The notes below the pieces were generated by a model. The model was not told where the DNA came from and searched no databases. It worked only from the letters and a program-made list of their open reading frames with translations. A DNA stretch of 64,000 nt from Geopsychrobacteraceae bacterium (GTDB taxonomy: Bacteria > Desulfobacterota > Desulfuromonadia > Desulfuromonadales > Geopsychrobacteraceae), in NCBI GenBank assembly GCA_963662315.1, contig OY759353.1, positions 2,752,001 through 2,816,000 of the forward strand, given 5' to 3'. The position numbers and the translations under genes were made by a program. Below, piece after piece: positions 20,165 through 30,617 of the stretch. Positions within the stretch are counted from its first letter, which is position 1. The number at the start of each line of letters is the position of its first letter.

Positions 20165-20767
20165 ATGGAAGAGGACATATCACAGATGACTTATCCTGAT
20201 GTTACCGGAGTACTGCTGGCCGGGGGGAAAAGCCGGCGCATGGGACGCGACAAAGCAGCCCTGATTGTGGCCGGAAAAACCATGGCCGACCGGATGCTGG
20301 AGTGGCTGCAAAACCATTTCCCTCAGACCCTGATTGCCGGGGATCGTCCCGACCTGGCCCGACCGGGCATCGCCTACCACCCCGACATCTATACCGGAAG
20401 TTCACTTGGTGGCCTGCACAACGGCTTGCTGCATGCCCACACCGAATGGATCTTTGCCGTCGCCTGCGATATGCCTTTCCCCGATACCCGGTTATTAGCG
20501 CCCATGCTTGAACAACGGGACAAGGCTTCTGCTGTCGTACTGAAAACCGAGGACGGTTTTGAACCACTCTTTGCCCTGTACCACAAAAGCTGCCTATCCC
20601 ATCTGGAACACCTGCTACAGGAGCAAAAATTCAGGATTCAGGGCTTTTTTGAACTCATCAGTGTCACTGCTCTTGATCCATCACATTATATAGACGACTG
20701 GCAAAAAGCGTTGAGTAATCTCAACACCCCTGAAGACCTGCAGCGGGTCGAACAGGAACAAGGCTAG
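20165..20767 (+). CDS. mobA: Molybdenum cofactor guanylyltransferase
   Basis: LLAGGKSRRMGRDKA, ACDMPF, EPLFALY, NLNTPED. Confidence 0.93.
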   Translation: MEEDISQMTYPDVTGVLLAGGKSRRMGRDKAALIVAGKTMADRMLEWLQNHFPQTLIAGDRPDLARPGIAYHPDIYTGSSLGGLHNGLLHAHTEWIFAVACDMPFPDTRLLAPMLEQRDKASAVVLKTEDGFEPLFALYHKSCLSHLEHLLQEQKFRIQGFFELISVTALDPSHYIDDWQKALSNLNTPEDLQRVEQEQG

Positions 20768-20825
20768 CGGCCAAGAGTTTAAGATTTCAGATTTTCAGGT
20801 TAAAAAAAGAGAGGGAGAACCACCA

Positions 20826-22025
20826 GTGATCAAATATGACGAAGCAATCGAACTGGTACTGAACAATATTGATCCTTTGGAAGCTGTCAAAATGCCTCTG
20901 GATGAGGCGGTCGGGAAAATTCTAGCCGAAAACGTTCCGGCGAAATTCGATTTACCGCCAGCCAATAATTCGGCACGAGACGGTTACGCCTTTGCCCATG
21001 CAACTCTGCCGCGCAACAGAAACCTGAAAGTTATCGGCTTTGTTCCGGCCGGCAAGCAATTCCCCAAGGCAGTCGCAACAGGACAGGCAGTCCGTATTAT
21101 GACCGGCGCGCCTCTGCCTCCTGGTTGTGATACGGTTGTACCGCTTGAAGAAATTACCCGCAAGGCCGATTCAATCGAAGTGGAAAAAGTCCCTGCCGCC
21201 GGTAGCTATGTGCGCTTGCGCGGTGAAGAACTTAAAGCGGGGGCCACAGTGCTTGGAGTCGGTTCATTGCTGACTTCGGGATCCATTGGTCTGCTCGCCT
21301 CCGCCGGTCGGGCCTGTGTCCAGGCCTACCCGGCACCACGGGTCGCCGTCCTATCCAACGGAGATGAACTGGTCGAACTGGGTGAAAACCCCGGTGCCGG
21401 CAAGATCATCAACTCCAATGCCCATATGCTCGCCGCGCGCTTAAGAGAAGATGGCTTCCTGCCGGAAATGCTGGGTATTGCCCGCGACTGTCGCGACAAT
21501 CTGGAAAGCTGCCTGCGCAAAGGACTGGCCTGCGACATGATTATTTCCAGCGGTGGCGTGTCAATCGGTGACCGGGACTTTGTTCAGGAAACTCTGACCA
21601 GACTCGGTTTTGAGAAGATTTTCTGGAAAGTCGCCATCAAACCGGGTAAACCGGTATTGTTCGGTCACATCGGCAGAATGCCGGTGTTCGGTTTGCCGGG
21701 CAACCCGGCCTCGACCGCCGCAACTTACGAACTTCTAGTTCGGCCGGCCTTACGTAAACTGGCCGGACATCCCCATCCCCGCTCCCCACGCATCCGCGTA
21801 CGCCTTATGGAACCAGTCGCAGCCAGTGGTAATCGCCAGCAGTTTATCTGGGGACAATTGTTGATTAATGACGGAGAAATCACATTTCAACCAAACCATA
21901 GAGGCTCATCCGGACAAAATCGCAGCCTTCATGATGTCCAGGCATTATTGCCGGTGCCGATTGAGAGTAATGGTTTTGCGGCGGGGGAGATGGTGGAAGT
22001 GATTATGTTGAGGTTGCCAAGGTAA
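20826..22025 (+). CDS. moeA: Molybdopterin molybdotransferase
   Basis: SARDGYA, RIMTGAPLP, GDEL, SSGGVSIGDRD, IKPGKP, GLPGNP. Confidence 0.93.
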   Translation: MIKYDEAIELVLNNIDPLEAVKMPLDEAVGKILAENVPAKFDLPPANNSARDGYAFAHATLPRNRNLKVIGFVPAGKQFPKAVATGQAVRIMTGAPLPPGCDTVVPLEEITRKADSIEVEKVPAAGSYVRLRGEELKAGATVLGVGSLLTSGSIGLLASAGRACVQAYPAPRVAVLSNGDELVELGENPGAGKIINSNAHMLAARLREDGFLPEMLGIARDCRDNLESCLRKGLACDMIISSGGVSIGDRDFVQETLTRLGFEKIFWKVAIKPGKPVLFGHIGRMPVFGLPGNPASTAATYELLVRPALRKLAGHPHPRSPRIRVRLMEPVAASGNRQQFIWGQLLINDGEITFQPNHRGSSGQNRSLHDVQALLPVPIESNGFAAGEMVEVIMLRLPR

Positions 22026-22086
22026 AGATAACGAGCAGCACGGGGACGAATCCCTGCGGTCTTGCCCTTGAATATCTAAAAGAATA

Positions 22087-23412
22087 CTACCTCCCAACCA
22101 CCTCAACCTTAAGAAAATGGGTCGAACAGGAGATACACGGGTCATAAGCCCGCACCAGCATTTCCAAGCGCCGGGTGATCTCTTCATTCGACTCAGCAAG
22201 TATTTCCGGCACCAGTTTCTGCATATCATCCTCAATATTCTGCAGATTCTGCCCGGTTGGGATCACACAATTGGCCTTTTCAATCATCCCTCTTTCATCA
22301 ATCTGGTAGTGATGGAACAGCAGCCCGCGCGGAACCTCGACCGCACCGACACCACTGCCCGCCCGCACCGCAATGGAGTGATTCTCGTTAACGCCAACGA
22401 TCACTTTCTGCCCCTGGTCAACACCTTCAGTGAGCAAGCTCTCCACAATCCGCATTGCATCAATGGTGCAATGAACACATTCGACCAGTTGCGCCGCCGT
22501 ATTCAGGTAGGGATTGCAACATGGGGCTTCCAGACCCAACTGCTTCGCGGCAGCTTGTGCCTGGGGGTGCAATTTCTCACCATTCAGATTAAAGCGCGCC
22601 AGAGCGCCAACCGCATAGGAGTTACGACTGAGCCGAGCGTGTTTGGCACTGGAATGGGGCACGACAAATTCATTGGTAATCGCTGAGTAATCTTCTTTTG
22701 CCCTGAGCACTCCGTCCGACGATCCCACATTACCGGCCAAAAACGGATAGTCTTCCCCCTCATTCATCAGGGCAACATACTCCGTTTCGCGGATAAACTC
22801 AGGAAATTGAAGACTGGCAAGCAGTTCAAGAGTCGGGTTCATATCGGCCTTAAGATCTTCCAGTTTACTGAGAATTATCTCAAGGTCTTTCTCGCTCGGA
22901 AGTTTGGTAAACCCTCCGACCACAGCAGCTATGGGGTGAACGTGGCGACCAACCAGAATGGTGCAAATGTCGTTGCAGGTTTTCTTCATACGCAACGCCC
23001 GTCTCACGACCTGCTCGCTATCGGGAAGCAAGCCCATAAAGCTTTTGGCTCCCAACAGGTCGGGAGCAACCAGCAGGTAAATATGCAGCAAATGACTGTC
23101 GAGGGTTTCCAGGTGCAGCAATAATTTCCGTAAGCAAAGAGTCTGCTCACTCGGGGTAAAACCAAGCGCGCTTTCCGCCGCCTGAATAGACGCCAGGGTG
23201 TGTCCACAGGAACAGATCCCGCAAATCCGTGACGTGATGTGCTGGGCTTCAAAGACCGAGTGCCCTTTCAGCATCGCTTCAAAAAAACGCGGAGCTTCGA
23301 CAATCTGCAACTCGGCCTTCTTCAGCATTCCGGCCGCCACATCAACAACAATATGGCCGTGTCCTTCAACCCGGGTCAGAAACTCGACGTTGACCGATAC
23401 GTCCCTAGCCAT
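22087..23412 (-). CDS. Group 3b [NiFe] (sulf)hydrogenase large (alpha) subunit
   Basis: TRVEGHG, RICGIC, EVPRG, DPCISCSTH plus a C-terminal extension; start at ATG 23412. Confidence 0.93.
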   Translation of the reverse strand: MARDVSVNVEFLTRVEGHGHIVVDVAAGMLKKAELQIVEAPRFFEAMLKGHSVFEAQHITSRICGICSCGHTLASIQAAESALGFTPSEQTLCLRKLLLHLETLDSHLLHIYLLVAPDLLGAKSFMGLLPDSEQVVRRALRMKKTCNDICTILVGRHVHPIAAVVGGFTKLPSEKDLEIILSKLEDLKADMNPTLELLASLQFPEFIRETEYVALMNEGEDYPFLAGNVGSSDGVLRAKEDYSAITNEFVVPHSSAKHARLSRNSYAVGALARFNLNGEKLHPQAQAAAKQLGLEAPCCNPYLNTAAQLVECVHCTIDAMRIVESLLTEGVDQGQKVIVGVNENHSIAVRAGSGVGAVEVPRGLLFHHYQIDERGMIEKANCVIPTGQNLQNIEDDMQKLVPEILAESNEEITRRLEMLVRAYDPCISCSTHFLKVEVVGR

Positions 23413-24154
23413 CAGAACCCTCCATAGCCGCATTGTACAACAACATTTTGTTGGCTATGGCCTGAGCATCCAGACCGTAGGCCTTCAATACCTCTTCAGC
23501 ACCTGATCGGTTAGGGTTGGACACCAGCCCACGGCAGCCGTAACAGACATTTCCGTTATTGACGCACCAGGCATTACAGCCTGCTCTGGTCACCGGCCCG
23601 AGACACGTCACCCCCTTTTCATAGACACAGATATTCTCGTTGAACTTGCATTCGACACAGACCGCATAATCAGGAACATGGTAAGACAATCCGGCCAGAG
23701 CGGATTTCAGTATTTTGATAAATTCATCTGGGTATATAGGGCAGCCATGGACAAAATAATCGACCGCGACGAATTGATGGAGTGGATACGTTCTAGTCGC
23801 CGGGAACCATTCCGCTTTTTCTCCGTAGACCTCTGCCTGGACCTCTGCCAGCGGTCGCCGATTTTTCATGCCGTTGACACCGCCGATGGTCGCACAGCTG
23901 CCGTAGGCAACCAGCGTGCCGCAACGCTCACGAATACGTTGCAGCCTCCGGGCGGCTTCGTCGTTGACAACGCTGCCTTCAACCAGGGCAATATCGTAAT
24001 GACCGGTCCAGGTTTCTGACATGACTTCGCGGAATTCAACCACTTCTATCAGGCCCAGGATATCGAGCAACACCTCGCCGAGGTTGGCAACTTGCAGCTG
24101 GCAGCCCTCGCAGCTGGCAAGATCAAAGAACGCAACCTTGGGACGTTCCATCAT
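23405..24154 (-). CDS. Group 3b hydrogenase small (delta) subunit
   Basis: SCEGC, EGS, GSCATIGG, GCP, CVEC, CLGPVTRAGC...CYGCRG; ATGA overlap. Confidence 0.92.
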   Translation of the reverse strand: MMERPKVAFFDLASCEGCQLQVANLGEVLLDILGLIEVVEFREVMSETWTGHYDIALVEGSVVNDEAARRLQRIRERCGTLVAYGSCATIGGVNGMKNRRPLAEVQAEVYGEKAEWFPATRTYPLHQFVAVDYFVHGCPIYPDEFIKILKSALAGLSYHVPDYAVCVECKFNENICVYEKGVTCLGPVTRAGCNAWCVNNGNVCYGCRGLVSNPNRSGAEEVLKAYGLDAQAIANKMLLYNAAMEGSDG

Positions 24155-24987
24155 ATGGCTCCTTTGATGGTTTTGACCCGGTTGTAGGGAAAGACCGGCC
24201 CATCCTGACAGCAATAAACATCGTGAATCTGACAATGACCGCATTTACCCAGGCCACACTTCATATGACGCTCTAAAGACAGATAAATCTGTTGCTCTGG
24301 AATCCCCTTTTTCAGTAATTCGGCAATCACAAACCGGTACATGACCGGTGGCCCGCAGGCGACCGCAAAGGTTTTCTGTGGCGTCAGATTTACTCCGGGA
24401 ATCAATTGGGTGATCAGGCCGACATTACCCTGCCAATCTGGAGCCGCGCGATCAACCGAACAGAGAAAGTTGATATCGATGCGCTTACGCCACATTTCCA
24501 GCTCATGACCGAACAGCATGCTCTGCGGATCGCGACAGCCAAGCAGGATATCAACCTTGCCGAAATCGCGCCGGTTAGCGATGATATAGTTGATCAGAGA
24601 CCGCAATGGGGCAATCCCCAGGCCTCCGGCAATCAGCAGAACATCATTCCCCTCCAGCGGCACGACAGGAAACCCGATACCAAAGGGACCACGGATGCCA
24701 ACTTCATCCCCTTCCTTGAGCAGGTGCAGAGCTTCGGTAAAGCGTCCCGCTTTGCGCACACACAACTCAAATGAATCAAACTGAGTCGGTGACGAACAGA
24801 TAGAGATCGGCGCCTCCCCCACCCCGAACAGCGACACTTCAACAAACTGCCCCGGGTCATGATCCAGTGTCTCATCATCCGGCAGAACCACGGTAAACAG
24901 CTTCTCTTTTCCGGTCAGCTCGACGATATGGGTGATCCGGCCTCGTTTGATTTGATAACCGGTATGATGAATGGCGATGGTTTCCAT
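24151..24987 (-). CDS. Group 3b hydrogenase gamma subunit (FAD/NAD(P)-binding)
   Basis: PGQF, GEAPISI, RGPFG, AGGLGIAPLRS, CGPPVM, CGLGKCGHC...C 2Fe-2S motif. Confidence 0.92.
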   Translation of the reverse strand: METIAIHHTGYQIKRGRITHIVELTGKEKLFTVVLPDDETLDHDPGQFVEVSLFGVGEAPISICSSPTQFDSFELCVRKAGRFTEALHLLKEGDEVGIRGPFGIGFPVVPLEGNDVLLIAGGLGIAPLRSLINYIIANRRDFGKVDILLGCRDPQSMLFGHELEMWRKRIDINFLCSVDRAAPDWQGNVGLITQLIPGVNLTPQKTFAVACGPPVMYRFVIAELLKKGIPEQQIYLSLERHMKCGLGKCGHCQIHDVYCCQDGPVFPYNRVKTIKGAI

Positions 24988-24988
24988 C

Positions 24989-26023
24989 TCAGCCCCTTTC
25001 ATCAATCAAGGAATTGATCGTCTCTTTCAGATCGATCCGGGCCATACAGGTACGACTGCAACGTCCACAGCCAACACAGAAGACCCGGTTATAGCGCACC
25101 ATCGGATAACGAAACTTGCGGTTAAAGCGATGCCGTTTGCGGTCATAGCGTTGTTCACGAAAACTTTCGCCGCCAGCGACCTTGGCGAAGGTCTCATGCT
25201 GGCAGGAATCCCAGACCCGGAGACGTCGCCCGGTGGTCAGATTGAGGTCCGGCTCGTCGACAACATCAAAACAGTAACAGGTCGGACAGACATTGGTGCA
25301 GTTACCACACGACAGGCAGCGTTCACCAAGGTGGTGCCAGACGTCACTGTCAAAGGTCTCGTCAAACAGGCGCGGGATATCCTGATAGCGGATCGGAACC
25401 TCGCTTTTGAAGATCTGCTTTTTCCTGGCCCGGAGTTCTTCCAACTGCATAGCAGCCGCGGCCGTTACCGGTTGAAACAAGCGACTCTGGGTGACAATCT
25501 GTTCGCCCCTGTCCGTATTGACATCGACGAAATAACACGTGTCCAGCTCACTGAAAAACAGGTCATAGCCGCCCATGGGCAGATGATTATGCAACAGGGC
25601 GCAACTGGCGTAACTGTCACAATAGTCGTTGCACTCCAGTCCGATCAGGGTGAAATAGCCTTTGCGCATTAAATAGTGCATATCCCGGGGACGATCGGAA
25701 AAAACCACATTCAGACATTGAATACCGGCCAAATCACAGGTATGCACGCCGAACAGCACCATATTCTCAACTTCAACCAACGCTTCCATTTGCTGACCAT
25801 CGGTTGTGTCATAGGTCAGCAGCGTTTCGTGCTGGGGCATGTAGTATTTTTTGGGAGGCAATATGGTGGGGATGTAGTGAAGAGACAACTCTGCTAAAGA
25901 CTGAACTTCAGCAAACTTGAACTGCCCCCCCTCCAGCCGGACCGGGCCGACAACTTTTTGACGGGAAGCGAAATATTCAACTAAAGCCGCCATGTTGGCT
26001 TTGTCGATAATAACCTGACCCAT
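24989..26023 (-). CDS. Group 3b hydrogenase beta subunit (4Fe-4S dicluster)
   Basis: CLSCGNCTNVCPTCYCF, WDSC, CVGCGRCSRTC; start at ATG 26023. Confidence 0.92.
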   Translation of the reverse strand: MGQVIIDKANMAALVEYFASRQKVVGPVRLEGGQFKFAEVQSLAELSLHYIPTILPPKKYYMPQHETLLTYDTTDGQQMEALVEVENMVLFGVHTCDLAGIQCLNVVFSDRPRDMHYLMRKGYFTLIGLECNDYCDSYASCALLHNHLPMGGYDLFFSELDTCYFVDVNTDRGEQIVTQSRLFQPVTAAAAMQLEELRARKKQIFKSEVPIRYQDIPRLFDETFDSDVWHHLGERCLSCGNCTNVCPTCYCFDVVDEPDLNLTTGRRLRVWDSCQHETFAKVAGGESFREQRYDRKRHRFNRKFRYPMVRYNRVFCVGCGRCSRTCMARIDLKETINSLIDERG

Positions 26024-26159
26024 GATCTGACCTCTGTTTCTGTAAAGGTCTCTACCTAAACCAGATAGCTTATTACGGGGGATTGTCAAGGGGAGCACGA
26101 GATATCTATGATTGATCTTGGCTGTTCTATTTAATCAAAATTGCGCAGCAATTTTTCCA

Positions 26160-26308
26160 GTTCTGGCCATCAGGCGTGCTTTGAGCCGTCAGGCCGGCCA
26201 GTCGCTTGCTGGTGGTTTTCTGAAACATAACGACGCTCGAGTGCGGACCTATTAAAAGTTTATTGCTCTGGATAAAAAGTCATTCGCCTGCAGGGGCAAG
26301 ACCCTGCG
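26160..26308 (+). repeat. Dispersed repeat family A, copy 2
   Basis: GTTCTGGCCATCAGGCGTG...AAAAAGTCATTCGCCTGCAGGGGCAAGACCCTGCG matches 40019-40186 and the reverse complement of 633-731. Confidence 0.75.
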
Positions 26309-26431
26309 CAGTTGTTTTTAATTATTTCCTCGCTCACTTCTTGCATTCTCCCCCAATCCTTTCTAACATTATGAGGACAGCATAATTTTTTGTTATTACA
26401 GAACTTTTCCCGTCGAGTAATTGATTCGAAT

Positions 26432-28291
26432 ATGCTTTTCTGGCCACGCAGACAACCGAGTAATTTTAGCCGTATGGCAATTGTCAGCAGTCTGCTACTG
26501 CTTACAATGGTCGGCTGTACGCCACGTCATTATCGTGAGCAAACCGACAGCCGAGTAGCGGCCATTATTGCCGCCAAGCAGCGCGAAGGGCTTGGACAAG
26601 AGCAGCCTTTCACTATTTCAGCCGTAGAAATGCAGCTCCGCCGCAAATTGTTGCAGGATCAGCAGCTGCCCATTTCCGGCCCCGCCTCCCTTGGCAGCGA
26701 TCATCTCGAAACACCTCCCCACTGGCCGGAACCAGTCAGTGCTGCTCCTGCAGCACCAGATTCCCACCACCAACCCCTGACACTGAACCTGGTTACGGCC
26801 CTAAAAGTCGCTGCCCGCAACAGCCGCGACTATCAAAGTGCCAAAGAAGTCCTGTTCCGCAGCGCCCTGGCTCTCGATTATCAGCATAACGCGTTCAGCA
26901 CCCTGGCCAACGGCCAGCTGGAAGGGCAATACCTGCAGAACCGCAGTGGTCAGACCGTCGAAGGAACGAAAGGATCAATCACAGGGGGGCTGACCCGTCT
27001 GTTGAAATCAGGAATCAGCCTGACCACCCAGCTTGGCTGGGATCTGGTGCGCATGCTGCAACCCGGTAGCGATATCTCCAGTGGCCTTTATGGTGATGCC
27101 TCCATCACCATCCCGTTACTGCGTGGTGCTGGCCGACATATCGCCGCCGAACCACTGACCCAGGCAGAACGTGACACCCTTTATGCGGTGTGGACCTTTG
27201 AGCGTTATAAACAGGAATTCGCTGTTACCATTGTTGCCAATTACCTGGGAGTGCTGCAGGCTGAAGACCTGCTCTACAATCAGGAACAGAACTACAAAGG
27301 ACTGGTCATCTCCACCCGTCGTGCCAGTCGCCTGGCAGAAGCTGGCAAGCTCCCCCAAATCCAGGTTGACCAGGCCCTGCAGAATGAGCTACGAGCCCGC
27401 GAACGCTGGATCTCAGCGCGACTCAATCTGGAGTCTGCCAATGATCAGTTTAAACTGCTCCTCGGGCTACCCACCGATGCCACGATTCAGCTTGACCGGC
27501 GTGAAATGAACGCCCTTGAAAGCGATCTGCGCCAGCGCCTTAAGTTGCTGTTCCATCCCTTCCCCGCCGAACAGGTCGCTGCTGCTGACAGTCCGGTCCA
27601 GTTACTCGAACCGGACCCGAGCCTGGCAGGCCCACTGGAACTCGACTATCCGACCGCCAGCAACATTGCATTAGAGCAACGCCTCGATCTTAGAATTGTT
27701 AATGAGCAGGTCAACGACGCTCAGCGTCAGGTCATTATCAGTGCCGATGCCCTGCGCGCGGAACTGACCCTGCTTGGCTCCGCAGCAACCGGCACCGGCC
27801 GCACGGTTGCCGCCCTGCAACCTGACAACAGCAACCGGCTCAAATTTGATCAAGGCACCTACCAGGCATTACTGACCCTTGATCTGCCTTTTGAAAGAAC
27901 CGCCGAAGCAATTGCCTACCGGGACAGCTACATCTCCCTGGAGCAAGCGGTCAGGTCGGTCCAGAAGCTGGAAGATCAGATCAAGCTCGAAGTCCGTGAA
28001 AACCTGCGTCAGTTGCAGCAGACCCGCAGCAGTTTGCGGATTCAGGACCAGGCCGTCAAACTCGCCGAACGCCGGGTCCGTGGCGCTGAGCTGCAGCTGC
28101 AGGCCGGACGCGCCGAAATGCGCGATCTGCTTGATGCTCAGGAAGCCCTGCTCAGTGCGAAAAATTCCCTGACCTCGGCCATGGTCAACTACCGTCTGGC
28201 TGAATTGTCCCTGCAGCGTGACCTTGGCGTGTTAAACATTGACAACGACGGGCTGTGGCAGGAATACACCCCGGAAAAGGCAAATTCATGA
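26432..28291 (+). CDS. TolC family outer-membrane efflux lipoprotein
   Basis: MVGC lipobox, long helical OEP repeats (RDLLDAQEALL); start uncertain. Confidence 0.85.
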   Translation: MLFWPRRQPSNFSRMAIVSSLLLLTMVGCTPRHYREQTDSRVAAIIAAKQREGLGQEQPFTISAVEMQLRRKLLQDQQLPISGPASLGSDHLETPPHWPEPVSAAPAAPDSHHQPLTLNLVTALKVAARNSRDYQSAKEVLFRSALALDYQHNAFSTLANGQLEGQYLQNRSGQTVEGTKGSITGGLTRLLKSGISLTTQLGWDLVRMLQPGSDISSGLYGDASITIPLLRGAGRHIAAEPLTQAERDTLYAVWTFERYKQEFAVTIVANYLGVLQAEDLLYNQEQNYKGLVISTRRASRLAEAGKLPQIQVDQALQNELRARERWISARLNLESANDQFKLLLGLPTDATIQLDRREMNALESDLRQRLKLLFHPFPAEQVAAADSPVQLLEPDPSLAGPLELDYPTASNIALEQRLDLRIVNEQVNDAQRQVIISADALRAELTLLGSAATGTGRTVAALQPDNSNRLKFDQGTYQALLTLDLPFERTAEAIAYRDSYISLEQAVRSVQKLEDQIKLEVRENLRQLQQTRSSLRIQDQAVKLAERRVRGAELQLQAGRAEMRDLLDAQEALLSAKNSLTSAMVNYRLAELSLQRDLGVLNIDNDGLWQEYTPEKANS

Positions 28292-29901
28292 CAAGCCTCC
28301 AGCAACCCAAAACAGCCAGCCCCTGGCTTAAGTATACAGTTGTCGCCACCCTTGCGATTGGTGCCATGATTCTTGGCCTGTTGTTGTTCAATCCCACCGG
28401 CCAACAAGGCGACACAGGCCTGAAACAGCCAACCTTTACCGTCACCCCCGGTCCTCTGACCATCAGCGTCGTTGAAGCGGGTACCGTCCGCCCGCGTGAG
28501 CAGATCATTCTGAAGAGTGAAGTGGAAGGCTCGGCGGTTATCCTGTTTTTGGTTGATGAAGGGACGCAGGTCAAAAAAGGGGATCTGCTGGTTGAGCTGG
28601 ATGCCAGCAATCTGATCGACCAGCGGGTCAGCCAGCAGATTCAGGTCATAAACGCTGAAGCGGCTCATGTTAATGCCAGTGAAAACCTGGCCGTGGTCAA
28701 GAGTCAGGCCCAGGCCGACGTTGACCAGGCTGACCTCGATCTGCGTTTTGCCCGTCAGGACCTGGTTCAGTATCGCGAAGGGGAATACCCTAAACTGCGT
28801 AAGGAAGCGGAGGTCGCCATCACCTTGGCTGAGGAGACCCTGACCAACGCCAGCAGCACCTATGAGTGGTCACAGAAACTGTTTGCTGAAAAATATATCT
28901 CCGAGGCCGAGCTGAAACAGGACGAGTTAAGCCGTCAAAAAGCGCAGATCGACCTGGAACTGGCGAAAGATGAACTGGCGTTGCTGACCAATTTTACCTA
29001 CACACGTAAAATGGCTGAACTCCAGAGCGCCGCCAGCCAGGCCGAAATGGCCCTCGAACGGATCCGGCGTAAGAGCGCTGCCGATGTGGTCCAGGCCGAA
29101 GCCAAACTCAAAGCCAGTGAAGCTGAATTGAAACAGCAGCAAAACCAGTTCAACCGCATCGAGCACCAGATCAGTAAAACCAAGATTTATGCGCCCATGG
29201 ATGGCACGGTGATCTATGCCACCAGCACCCGTTTGAGCTGGCGCAGCAATTCCGAACCTCTCGATGAAGGGCAAGCGGTGCGCGAACGTCAGGAACTGAT
29301 CTACCTGCCGACGACAGCGTCCTATAATGCCGAGATCAAGGTTCACGAATCGAGCCTGGAAAAAATCCACACCGGCCTGCCGGTCCAGATCAGTATCGAT
29401 GCTCTTCCCGGACGCTCATTCACAGGGAAAGTCACCAGCATCGCTCCGTTACCCGATGCGACCAGCATGTTCATGAACCCGGACCTGAAGGTTTACAACA
29501 CCATGATCGAAATCGACGGTAGTGGTGCTGAACTGCGTAACGGCATGAGCTGCCAGGCGGAAATTGTCATTGAGCGTTTTGCCGAGACCCTTTTCGTGCC
29601 ATTACAGTCGGTCCTGCGGATTGGCGGACAACCGACCATCTACGTTGCCGGAGACAACAGTTTTGAGCCCCGGACCGTCACCACCGGACTCGATAACAAC
29701 CGGATGATCCAGATTACTGGCGGCCTGAGGGCTGGCGACAACGTCTTGCTGACCCCACCGCTGGCTGCCGCTGAAAAATCTGATCATAGGGCATCAAAGG
29801 CAAATCCGGATAAGACAGGAGCAGGATCTGAGGGGATGTCCCCAGAAGGGAAAAAACGGCCAGCCAACGGGCCAAAGCCTCAGCGTGAGCCTCTAAAATG
29901 A
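28288..29901 (+). CDS. Efflux periplasmic adaptor (MacA-like MFP)
   Basis: VDEGTQVKKGDLLVELD lipoyl half, long coiled coil, IYAPMDG, LRNGMS. Confidence 0.9.
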   Translation: MTSLQQPKTASPWLKYTVVATLAIGAMILGLLLFNPTGQQGDTGLKQPTFTVTPGPLTISVVEAGTVRPREQIILKSEVEGSAVILFLVDEGTQVKKGDLLVELDASNLIDQRVSQQIQVINAEAAHVNASENLAVVKSQAQADVDQADLDLRFARQDLVQYREGEYPKLRKEAEVAITLAEETLTNASSTYEWSQKLFAEKYISEAELKQDELSRQKAQIDLELAKDELALLTNFTYTRKMAELQSAASQAEMALERIRRKSAADVVQAEAKLKASEAELKQQQNQFNRIEHQISKTKIYAPMDGTVIYATSTRLSWRSNSEPLDEGQAVRERQELIYLPTTASYNAEIKVHESSLEKIHTGLPVQISIDALPGRSFTGKVTSIAPLPDATSMFMNPDLKVYNTMIEIDGSGAELRNGMSCQAEIVIERFAETLFVPLQSVLRIGGQPTIYVAGDNSFEPRTVTTGLDNNRMIQITGGLRAGDNVLLTPPLAAAEKSDHRASKANPDKTGAGSEGMSPEGKKRPANGPKPQREPLK

Positions 29902-30608
29902 TGCAGGACAAACACCTTACGGATAACGGCTTCACCGCCGAGGCGGTACTGGAAAATATTTCCCGCATTTACACCATGGGCGGCAATGAAGTGCGCGCGC
30001 TTGACGGTATTAATATCGCCTTCGGTAAGGGCTCATTCTGGGCGATTCTCGGTTCCAGCGGCTCGGGGAAAAGTACCCTGCTCAACCTGCTCGGCTGCCT
30101 TGACCGCCCCACCAGTGGCCGTTACCTGCTGCGTGGCGAGGATGTCAGTGCGTTAAACGACGATCAGCTCAGTAACATCCGCCTGCGCTCCATCGGTTTT
30201 GTTTTTCAGAGTTTCAACCTGCTCCCGCAGTCTACCGTTGCCGAGAATATCGCCCTGCCCCTCTACTATCAGGGCTGGCCACCGGAGCAGAGTCTGCAGC
30301 GTGCTCAACAACTGGCCGCGCGGGTTGGCCTGGAGCACCGGCTGCAGCACCGCCCCATGGAGCTGTCCGGCGGTCAGCAGCAGCGGGTCGCCATAGCCCG
30401 GGCCCTGGCAAACGACCCCGCTATTCTGCTCGCCGATGAACCGACCGGTAACCTCGATTCCCATTCCGGGCAGGAGATCATGACGCTGCTCAGCGAGCTG
30501 AACCAGCAGGGAAAAACCATCATTATGGTCACGCATGAAAGCGATATTGCAGCTTATGCAAGGCGCCATCTGCATATGAGAGACGGTCGCATTGAGAAGA
30601 TTGTCTAG
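29898..30608 (+). CDS. ABC ATP-binding protein (MacB/LolD-like)
   Basis: GSSGSGKST, LSGGQQQRVAIARAL, LADEPTGNLD. Confidence 0.95.
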   Translation: MMQDKHLTDNGFTAEAVLENISRIYTMGGNEVRALDGINIAFGKGSFWAILGSSGSGKSTLLNLLGCLDRPTSGRYLLRGEDVSALNDDQLSNIRLRSIGFVFQSFNLLPQSTVAENIALPLYYQGWPPEQSLQRAQQLAARVGLEHRLQHRPMELSGGQQQRVAIARALANDPAILLADEPTGNLDSHSGQEIMTLLSELNQQGKTIIMVTHESDIAAYARRHLHMRDGRIEKIV

Positions 30609-30617
30609 GTTTCGGAT

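Noticed and set aside
22087..26023. Selenocysteine or recoding in the hydrogenase subunits
   Set aside because: All Ni and Fe-S ligands are ordinary Cys codons; no in-frame TGA
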